In this document: one piece after another, positions 36,901 through 48,603 of the stretch | Layout of the letters: the number at the start of each line of letters is the position of its first letter | Position numbering within the stretch: the stretch's first letter is position 1 | Source of the DNA: Lingula anatina | Taxonomy: Eukaryota > Animalia > Brachiopoda | DNA length: 64,000 nucleotides | Assembly (NCBI GenBank): GCA_051362555.1 | Contig: CM120644.1 | Location: 22,776,534 to 22,840,533, forward strand | Direction of reading: 5' to 3' | The notes under the pieces: model-generated | What the model was told of the DNA's origin: nothing | Databases searched by the model: none | What the model saw: only the letters and a program-made list of their open reading frames with translations | Program-made: the position numbers and the translations under genes

Positions 36901-39865
36901 ACCGCCGTGCATGTATGGGGATTCCCGGAATCAGCATTCATGTCGATTGTGTCCTCGGGTGACCATGATATTTAAGCTGCAATAAGCTTTAATTACAAGT
37001 ATACTTTTAGAAAGGACGTAGGAACATTTGTTGATGTTTTGGGTTGCTATCTAAAGTGTCAAATGTTTACGGTGAAAAGCCATTCCAATTTGCATCCAGA
37101 GTTTGTAAAAATATATAACTCACTCTGGATACCAATATTTGAACTACAAAAATCAGTCAATAGTGAAATGCACATTCATTTTGATCTAGTCCCAGCCAGT
37201 TTGGATGGCATACAGAAATTGGGAACAGCTCTATGGAAAAACGTTTGGGTATGTATTCAACGCACTCTTTACATATATACAACATATTATCAAGTCCTTT
37301 TTAGTCTTTATTATCATTTACTATTTTTGTTGCTGTAAGCAACTCTTTAAAAGATTGGTGCTTAATCGCCACTATTTATTGCGATTCAATGCCAGATATA
37401 TGAATTATTTACCACTGATCCAAACCATAATTAGCCAGGTCTTGTCTTTATTTTAGGGTCTTCTTTCTCAATTCTCCCAGTATAGTGACCTCAGATGTCG
37501 ATTTTCTGCAAGAAGTCTTTGTCAAACAGTTCAGTAAATTTCACCAAAGAGCAGTGAGTAACAATTATCAATAATACCATAAAGAATTATTTCCCCCAAA
37601 CATGCCGCTTACCAAGAATGAGCATTGCGTTTTCATTTTGATTAGTTGACCAGTGCATTTAAGACCCGATTCCCATGGATACTATATGTCCATGTCAGAC
37701 GACCCAACTCTGCAGGGGCTCTTGCTAAGTGCAATCTGCTTAACTGAACGACACACCTTCTCCTGTTTCAAACTTACTCGTTTAACCACCAACTTATTTT
37801 TTTCTTGTATTCTTCTTAACGCCAGGAGGAGGCGTGACATTCAGTTGTTGCAGACAGCGAGCGTCCCCACGGAGTAAAGTCGATCGATGGTAGACCGATG
37901 GTGACTCTGTGAATGAGACCTTAGAAAATGTTTATTGTCGGGCTGGCTAGACGATGTTTTGGGGTGAAATAGCATACTTGGTAGTGTAATTCAAACAAAA
38001 AATGTAAATTGAACCTTGACAAAATATCAGGCCTGCTGCAAAATCGCTGCAAACTGCATTTCATTCTTGCAAATTTGTAACAGCTCGCTGCTGCTTAGCT
38101 TTCGTTTAATATTGCTGCAGTTTTGCTGGAATTTTTTCACTTTGCTAATTATTTTTAGGTGAGCACTATACATGTAACTTCGTTTTCCACTAACAATGAC
38201 ACTGATCAATTTGGATTCATTTTTTAGATTCCTAATTCAATAGACACGGAAGATGAAGAAACACAGATGGTTTTCGCGAAAGGAAAACGATGGAAGCGCT
38301 TACGTGTAATAATCAACCCGACCTTCTCCTCCCTTAAAATGAAACAAGTAAGAAAACATATGATTATGAAAAGTAAAAAGTTCGATTCGAGACTTAACGT
38401 GTCGGCATAAGATGCTTCTGTCTTATACAAATCTGAGTACCCCAACCCCCCAAGGTGATAGCTTTATTCAAGGGTAATACAAATCTCTCTTCGATAAACA
38501 TGCGGTTGTATAGACTGTGGCATGTGTAGCTTCGTTTCATTGCAGATGGCGCCACTGATCCAGGAGTCGGTGAACAGTTTCATAGAGTCAATGGAGAAGC
38601 GTTGCCAGGAAGAAAAACCGTTCGATATCCACGGGTAAGTACTAACTACTGACAAAGTCACGTAAAATTTCACAGCTTGAATGGAAATGGATGAATAGGG
38701 CGGAAGGTTAGATGTCAGCTTCGCGATTTCAATAAAACCGTACGTTTATGTACGTTTCTCTATGGTATTTTTAAATTAACATCTCGAGCTTCAGTCTTCT
38801 GTATAATGTTCAGTGTAACAAGACATAAGAGCTGGTGACGTTTGTGTGACAGACAGTGGGATAGACAGAGGGGCCTTAGACGTTACGACTGTATTCAAAA
38901 CGGATGAGGTTCGGGGGAGATTTAATCCTCCTGCACATTAAGAGTACCAGACATACATTCTTTATATAGTTCTTTTCATCCTCTTACGTGTACAAATGCA
39001 CATACACAGATTCCGTAGCCGCCATTATCATGTTTTTTGTAACGATCTCTCTCTCTCTCTCTCTCTCTCTCTGGCTGTGATTTCTGGTTATTCAATACAT
39101 TATATTTTGTGGTATATGATTTCAGTGACTTCCAAGGCCTCACTACGGAAGTCATCGCTTCGTGTGGCTTTGGTCTCGAGATTAACTCAGTGCGAGATAA
39201 CACGTCACCATTTCTAGCAGCATGTCGTAAAGTGTTCAGCACGTCACTGGTGATGATGTGGCCAATGTTTATTTCCGGTATGTTCACGTCATAACAATGT
39301 TAATTTTAGAAAGAATAGACCAGTTTTAGAGAAAGTCTAAAGTAATGAGACTTAAAATATAGCTGCAAGAACGTTTTCAGTTTATTGTTTATTTAAACTA
39401 TGTGCAATATTCATCTTCTTACAATGTACTATGAATTAAACTGGACCCAAATTATAAACACATCTAAAAGTTACTCGTATATCATTTTTGGGTTTTTGTT
39501 GATGACCAATAAGGCCGACAATCTGTGAAGTGCAAGTTTGGGTTGGCAGATTTGAGATAACCACATATGTAATTTTTTGCTGATATTTACCAACATTTTA
39601 GAAAATGTATAACAATGAATACCGGTATTCAAACAAATGAACACATTGAACACTACTTATAAAGCTAAGGATCAAACTATCATTAAAGCAAATCATATTT
39701 TTATGCGATCTGTACCTTATATATGTCTCTGTTTGCAGATCTTTTTCCATCGTTGACCGGTCTAACCAAGGTGTGGAACAAATATCTGATGAGAAAGACG
39801 AGACATGACATAGGCGTACTTGCCAGGGCTGCCATACAGTCTAGATTAAATGATCCAAAAGTAAA

Positions 39866-39939
<74 letters not shown>

Positions 39940-42900
39940 TACTGGTAAAAATCTGTCATGCAATGAAATTAACAAATCTATTGATATTGACATCCGTATA
40001 TATTCACAATTTTTGAAGAAATTACAAATGCAAAACTCCATAGCTTCCGGCTTATATGTCTTTCTTAGTTTGGGTGTTTTTATCCAACATATTTATTTAT
40101 TAACAATTTCAATTGTTAAACCTAAAATGTTAATAATTTATATCAAAAACAGTTCAAACAACATGAATAAATACCCTTCAACAAAGTATTTCAGTGACCA
40201 ATAAACTAATTGAAAGTGATTAACAATCATGTGGTAAACTTTCAGTCTCGACGCGTGGATCTCCTACAGCTTATGTTGGACGCCAAAACTGACAATCTGG
40301 ACTCGACTGTACCCCAGGCGATGACGGACAGTGACGTAATATCAACACAACAGGGAGGGGAAACGGGTCAGCAGAACGACTCTTCGTCATCTCAAAGAAT
40401 AGTTACACAAAAGGCCAAACTCACAGAAAAGGTAAAAAGGCAATCTTCTGTGGGTGTGTGTACATGTATGTTTGTCTATGTGTGTGTAAGTGCATGTGTA
40501 TGTGTGTGTGTGTGTATGTGTGTGTGTGTATGTGTGTGTGTGTGCCAAAACAATCTACGTTTCACGGCTATATGCAGACACGTTAATTGATACCAACACA
40601 AGCAGCGCCATTACTTCAATAAAAAGGTAACTGAGCAATCATTGGTGGCTTTGGTCTTTTTTATCTTTAGGAGATCCAAACGCAGTGCTCGTCGTTTCTG
40701 TTGGCTGGATATGAAACCACTAGCACCGCCCTGGCCTACGCCGCCTACCACCTAGCAACGAGTCCAGAGGCGCAGAAAGCTCTCCAGGAGGAGGTAGACC
40801 AATACTGCACTGAGGAGGTAGGACTGCAAACATATCTCTCTTGAGGGCAAGCGACTATGTATTGAAACAACGGTCTATGAATATACACGCGGTCAGATTT
40901 GGAGTAATATAGTTGGATTAATATGTAGCTTCTGTACACACCTTTTTAAAGCGGAATGGTGCACGTGCACAATTATGATCTAAGTCCCTATCAAATAATT
41001 AACCCTCAAGTGACTGAGTGGGGTCATTTACGACCCCAGCCATATGATTTAATGTGCCATCTCTTTATTTTTTATTCGAATTTTCTTTCCTTGCATGAGT
41101 TTGTCAGTCTACTAATCCTACACACTTTCACAGTTTTTTGTAGGGATTGACCAATTAGTGTGGCGTTACATCACAAACTCTTGTGGGGTCATTTATGACC
41201 CCAAAGAGAAGCATTGGTTTTTAAATATTAGTTTTTAAATTTTATTCAAATGTTTTGCCCATGCAACACTGACAGGAACATGTCACATGCATGTGCTTCA
41301 TGCAACCAGCCAGTGTGCCCAAAACATAGGCACAAATAAGTGGTTTGTGAAGATTGTGCTTGAAGTGTTACCAATAGTGCATCGCTGAATCTATATAATT
41401 TCAGTAGCTTTGTTGGAACTTATTCTCATAACTGGGTCTCTCATTTTGGCGGTTACAATTTTTGGGTATTTTGGAAGTCTAAAGAATTCTGTCGATATCA
41501 TATTATACATATATTAACAAATTGTTTGTGTGGATTTTGTTTTATACACAGATGTGGTAGTAACATACATGTAGGTTGATTGAATGTGTTCTGAGTAGTA
41601 TGACTTCCTTACCAGCATTAGGGTATTCCCTACTCAGCAAGTCAGCTAATTATTGAAGTTAGCAGGATGCTATCTCAACATAAGTTAAAATATTTCTACT
41701 CAAAGTAATTTTGTAATGTACTTTTTTCATTTAGTGTGGCAAATAAAAAGAGAAATATTTCTGCAAGTGGAGACTGACAAGGACTGTCTAAATACCGGTG
41801 TAAAGTTGTTCTTAAAATCTGTGCTTGGTTATCTCATGCAATCAAAGCATTATTACCAAATACTTATTACAATAGATCATTATAAAATACTTGTCTTAAA
41901 TCCTGGGAGTAGTATAGGCGTGATGAACCCTCAACAGCCTTTTTGATAAGGATCCCTGTACAGAGCACAATGGGGTCATAGATGACCCCACTTGGTCATT
42001 TCAGTCAGTAAAATAGCTTGGTCTCTTGAGGGTTAAGTGCTGCAAATGTTCACAACTGATGCACAGTGACATCTTTTTTAAGAAGATGAGCCAACCATCA
42101 CCTATGCATGAGGTATTAATCGTAAATGTACATGTATGGTGCTGATGTCGTTATTTTAAGGCGAAAATGGGAGAATTTGATTTCCATTTCTGTATGGAAA
42201 GAAATATGTTTGTTATGTTGATTCATTCTGTTTGTTTATTGTTTTTTTTTTTTTTTCAAAACTCTTTTAGGGTCCTCCATCGTATGAAACCATAAGTAAG
42301 ATGCAGTATTTAGACATGTTCCTCAAGGAATCGCTACGACTACACCCTGTCGCTCCAGTGTAAGTGGACTAAAAAATACACATTTAATTAACATTTATAT
42401 TATCATATAAAAGGTAAGTAGAAGCAGCTACATACCTTATTTTCCGCTAAGGAAATAACCCTTAATAAATTGTTGGGGGCACCTGCTTTGTTCTACCCTT
42501 TCCCTACATACCCTTGCTTTGGAAACGGGAATTTTTCAGGGAAATAGGTTTTTCATTGGCTTTTGTGTAATGATAAAATATTGAATCGTTTATGAGGAAG
42601 TCTTTTAATCATGGTCTTTTAAGGAAAAGTCTTATAGATAGAAAGCACGATATGGGTAGAATAAGCCTCTTTAGAAACGATTACTTTTCATCATGGACTC
42701 CTTTGTCAAACTACTTCTATAAACCAGCATGTTTTTACTAGTGGGCCAGGGAGAACAGCCCAAGAATCCAGCACAGTGATGGGTGTTCACATTCCCAAAG
42801 GTATGAGTGTCCGCTGTAACATATACAGTATCCACATGGATCCCGAGCACTGGGGACCCCCAGACCCCAGCCTCTTCTGTCCTGAACGGTAAGGTGCTGC

Positions 42901-45900
42901 CGCCTATCGATTTTTGTATGATATTGCTATATTTCAACTTTAAAACGAGTTGTTGTAAACTGAGATAAACTATGGAACTGTTATTAAGTGCAAGTTTTTC
43001 TAACCACCAGGCAAATCAGCCAAAAAGCGGCAAGGTGGGGTTCTCACAGAATACACTCATTTTGCCCACAGTTAATCACCTTTGTGACCTTAATTTAACT
43101 GTAAAATATTAAAGCTTTACGTTGCGTTATTGTCGAGATACAGCCATATTCATATTTCACTGCCTTAGTAGGCTTGTTAAGGGGTCAAACGCTGCATTTA
43201 TAGTACAAATGTCTAACTTGGCATAAATGTTCCTTGGGCCAAAAGAAAATTTTTTATCCAAAGAGACGCCCTCTATCGATGCATAAATTAGCATAAATTA
43301 TGCAAATTAGGTGCCAAAATATATAATATTTCATATTCCCATTAATTTTTGGCCTAGAAACATGTATAGATTATCAAACCTGAATAAATTAGTGTCTAGG
43401 AACCCATTTTTGATCATTTGGAAGCAATTGGTGGCCATTTTGTGCCTCAAATCCAAGATGGCCGCCACCCGCCATTTTGAAAATGGACATAATTTTGCTA
43501 TTTTATGTTGAATTTTGATGCGTTTGGTCTATGTATACTTGATATATATATCGATTCCTACTATTTTGGGGGTGCACAAGTCATTTTTGATATTGTTTTG
43601 GTGATAGTAGGTGATTTGAAGGGACAGAGAGGGTGTTTTAAGTGCCTACCAAGATATGTGTGAATGCTGCAAAATCATGGATATTGATAACCCGTATTCA
43701 GATATATCTCAATGCAATTTTTTGTTATATACTATCCATATTGGACTAAATTATGAGCAAAAAACTCATTTTTACCATTATGGAGGCCATTGGTGGCCGT
43801 TTTATCCCTCAAATCCAAGATGGCCGCCAAAAACCATTTTGACATTTGTTATAATTCGCTATTTTAAAACTACATGTATTACATCTTTGTAAATGAGTAA
43901 TACGTCGTTTTATAATATTTTCTGGTGCAGAATACATTATTTGTTTCATAAAATGTGTGCCTCAAATCCAAGATGGCCCTCATACGCCATTTTCAAATTG
44001 AGCATTATTCACAATTTTGAAACTATCCCACCTTCATAAGCGTGCTATACGTCATTTTTTATTATTTCCTGGTGCAGAATGCATTTTCGGTTTCATAAAA
44101 TGTAAATAGAAACTTTTATAAGTCTCTAAATAAATATAGGATTCAATCGCCACATGGGCCTGCAGTTTATATGTACAATGAGTAATCCAATTATTACAAA
44201 ACTGCTTTTGCCCGACCTATAAAACAAGTGTCAGCAAACAAAATGGCTGTATTAAAGCAAAATAATACATCTTTGACCGCATGAGGAAAATTGTTAGCCA
44301 TTATTTTGATCAAAACCTAGTGTTGGTTGCATGCCGCTATTTTAATAATTTGGATTAATTTATAAATTTTGAACTATGGGACCCTCATTTACTTGTATTA
44401 GGTAAAATGGTACTATTCTGGGGACTCAAAAGTAATTTTCCGGTGCTAATTTGGTGACAGAAGATAAAAAAAAAGGTAATATAAGGTTGAAAAATAAAAA
44501 TATATATATACATAGTGGTATTATATTATTAATCTTTTACTGGTCAATGTGAACCAAAAAGCCACATGTACATTTATGTCCCAGTCACTGGGGCTTGCAT
44601 TTGCATGTTAAATATAGTCCCGAAGATTTGAAGTGCGAAAAATGTGTCTTCTTATAATACTGGAACTTGGTTACGTAGTTGTGTTAATGCGTAAATGCCC
44701 GTGAAAGACAAGCAAATGGACTTTGCTTTGAAATAGCTCTAGATCTTGTCTGCAAAATCATCCAGCAGCACAGCAAAATGAAACATGCATGATAAGCTCT
44801 GGAAGGCCAATAAGACAACACCCAGTAAGAATTAAGGTTTTATCAGTGTGCTATGAGAAACAGCCAGACAATATATTTAAATCCAGTTTCCAGAGAAACA
44901 CCAATGCATGAGAACATGTCGCATCAGAGGAAAGTGGTATCTTTACACAAAAGAAGGAATCTGCAAAACTAGCTAGAAAGCAGCAGCTGTGCAGGTAGGC
45001 AAGAGGGTTATAGCAAAAAAAAAAAAAAAAAAAGTCGAGGAAGCAGCCTCTTTTCCTAGTTGACAGTGCCAGTGATCATTCCTAGCATGATTTGGCCAGA
45101 CAAGTCATCTCACTACCAACAGAAATTCATAAGGCGACTACATAGTTCTCATTGTTTTCAATGGACGAACAAGCACAAAACATCTACAGTATATGACAAC
45201 TACAGGAATATGCATCTTTGCATCATCTTAAAACACCTTATGCCTTTTTCATTATCCTCTGTCACCAGCAATAGTGGGCTAGATATGGTCTTAAAGTGCA
45301 ATTTAAGTTCACGAGTGATCTTACACGATCTTAATCATTACAACAGTAGTCTTAAAATGGACTGAATCTGCTTTTAAGATCAAAAATGATCTAACATCTA
45401 CTTAAGTGGTCAAACAGTTTCCTCCCCTTACAATGGGGGACACCTCCCCTCACAATAGAGAACACCTCTGCTCACAATAGGAGAATGTTTAAGGGGAGAC
45501 AACTTAATTGGCTGTCAGACTAGAAATGGTCTTACTCATGTTTTAAGATCATGTAAGACTATTTGTGTTCTTAAATTGCACTTTAAGACCAAATCAAGCC
45601 CACTAGTGCAGAGTAACACCAGGAATTAATTATGTACTTCCAAAATAGTAACAATTGATGTATTACGACCATTTGAAAGTCCAACAGCTCAAAAAAGGTA
45701 AATTATGCCATAATTTTAAAATAGCGACAGGCTCTTAGATATGAAGAACAGAATAGCTAACAGGAGTCACCATAAAGACCAATCAGCCATGCTGGCCTCT
45801 TGCACTTAATGTCTGGCAAAACCATTTTAAATTGTTATATAAAATATTTTTGCACAAGTTTGCCTTCAAGACGTATACAAGCGAAGGTGAAGATGTAAGC

Positions 45901-48526
45901 CTGTATTGGTGTTGGAGCCTTGTAATATTTTCTTTTTGTATTATATCTCAGAAGAGATAAGACACATGACTTCTACAATCCAAATGATAAAAAACAATGT
46001 ATAACACTCTAGTGTAAGACCAATAGCTTCAAATTGATGAGTTATGCCTTACCCGTATTTCAAAATTGTGACTGGCGGCCATCTTGGATTTGAGGATCAA
46101 AATGGCTACCAATTGTCTCCAAAGCACCAAGTATGTGTTCTTTACCTTAAGTTAAGCCATTTTGGTCTCTTACACTTGTTTCAAGCTCTTTAGGATTTTA
46201 TAAAACATGCTGTGCTAATTAGACTACATGGCATATGTAAGTCTATTTGACAACTTAAGCCTACATGCATATTGATTTTGGAGGCTAAAATAGTTTGTGC
46301 TTACATTTTATGGAACAGATAATGTATTCTGCACCAGAAAGTAATATAAAATGACGTATTACTCATTTACAAAGATGTAATACATATAGTTTCAAAATAG
46401 CGAATTATGCTCAATTTCAAAATGGTTTTTGGCGGCCATCTTGGATTTGAGGGATAAAACGGCCACCAATGTCCTCCATAATGGTGAAAATGTGTTTTTT
46501 GGCTCATAATATAGTCCTATAGTGATGGTATATAACAAAAAATTGCATTGAGATATATTTGAATATGGCTTATCAATATCCATGGTTTTGCAGCGTTCAC
46601 ACATATCTTGGTAGGCACTTAAAACACCCTCTCTGTCCCTTCAAATCACCTACTATCACCAAAACAATATCAAAAATGACTTGTGCACCCCCAAAACAGT
46701 AGGAATCGATATATATATATATCAAGTATACATAGACCAAACGCATCAAAATTCATCATAAAATAGCAAAATTATGTCCATTTTCAAAATGGCGGGTGGC
46801 GGCCATCTTGGATTTGAGGCACAAAATGGCCACCAATTGCTTCCAAATGATCAAAAATGGGTTCCTAGACACTAATTTATTCAGGTTTGATAATCTATAC
46901 ATGTTTCTAGGCCAAATATTAATGGAAATATGAAATATTACATATTTTGGCACCTAATTTGCTTAATTTATGCTAATTTATGCATCGATAGAGCGTCTCT
47001 TTGGATAAAAAATTTTCTTTTGGCCCAAGGAACATTTATGCCAAGTTAGACATTTGTACTACAAAATGCAGCGTTTGGCCATTTTTTGGTCCTTAACAAG
47101 CCTACTACCTCGCGTGGCTCCCGTCTCACTTTTCAGCTGTGTGAGTGGTGTATTTTTCATCGAAGTTTGGTTCACAAATGTGCATCAAGTGATCAATACA
47201 TTACTTCGGTCAATACCACAATTGAAAGATGGATATATAATCTTTATAACGACAGAGATTTATATCATAAATCCGTTGCTATGGTTACAAACTACCGAGG
47301 TTATTTGAGGTCACTTGATGACTGCCGCAGATACCCACCCTGTCAATAGCCTTATATCTCCACTAGTAGAGCACCTTGGATAATATCACTGATATTTACT
47401 GAAAATATGGACAAGGGGCCTACCATAAATTAAAACACTGGCGTGGCCTTTTCCCTACAAATTTTGCAACAGCGACGCAAATTCTTCTATTTTCTGGCTA
47501 CATTATCGTAAAACATTTTTGCTTCCCACAGTTTCGATTTGCATTCAAGAATGTTTAAGTTAATTTCAACGTTACTTAGGGACTAATTAACTTAAATAGT
47601 CTTCTGTACTTTTTATTTATTGATTCCTGGATATTAAGTATATGCTAAGTTCAAATACGGGGGTAAACATGCATTCGAAACTAAATTCGTGTAGGCGGCC
47701 ATGACAGTTTCAAGTAGCAGTGGTGGAAAACGTGCGATGAATGCACTGCAGATTTTCCGAATTTCAAGCAGCAAAGCGCATACTTTTTTGTTCTGTAGAC
47801 CGTTACAAAGACGGAAAGGTTGTGCGATACTCAGGAGATACGACTGAGATGATTGGGGTCACCTCCCGATGCTAAAAGTTACATGCAGAGTGAGAGGCTA
47901 ATGAGAGGCAATGTCATCAGATCAGAGGAATGGAGAGTGAGCTCGACTCAGTCGTGTGTCCAGCGCATCGTCACATGCTATGGATACTTTGGGGAGCTGC
48001 AAGAACACGTCAACTACTTCTTCGAACCAAGTTATTATTGTAGGACTCTCCTTGCTCGGACCAAGCGGGAGCTTTCATGCACAGTGTATCCAAATTTTTA
48101 TCAAGACAAAGCCAAGATATTCAGTTCGTTGGGCCCAGGTAATTAAAAAGTTGACATTCGTCACATCTTTATAATTAATTAACACACCGAATTTTCATAC
48201 AGACAGAAGGTTGATAATGGTATGATATCTGTGTTGTTTTAATTAAATATGCATAGTAATTAGACAAGTGAAGCTAAGTCATCATCTAAATACTGCTATC
48301 TCTGACCCTCAGAACCACAGCAAATTTGTTATTACGTAAAGTGAAAAGAGCTTATGTTTGTACTGTACATGTTAGCAGTGTAAACTTTTTTTTTTTTTTT
48401 TGTATGAGCAACAAGTTACAGAACCCTCACAACTAAATAATACTGCTTTTATAGATCATTGCTAGTGATTTAAAGGGTAACAATCATATCACAATTACAT
48501 GAATAATAATATATATATTTTATCAA

Positions 48527-48603
<77 letters not shown>

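Larger units (their letters stand above)
29795..37540 (+). repeat. Tandem segmental duplication, copy 1 (upstream region plus 5' part of the P450)
   Basis: Colinear with 52875-64000 from gcaatccagatattta onward, including the CA-rich tract, (AAAT)n and introns. Confidence 0.9.

Noticed and set aside
43311-46953. Mirrored ORF pairs (MPKY..., MCE...)
   Set aside because: They arise from TIR symmetry and show no protein motifs.
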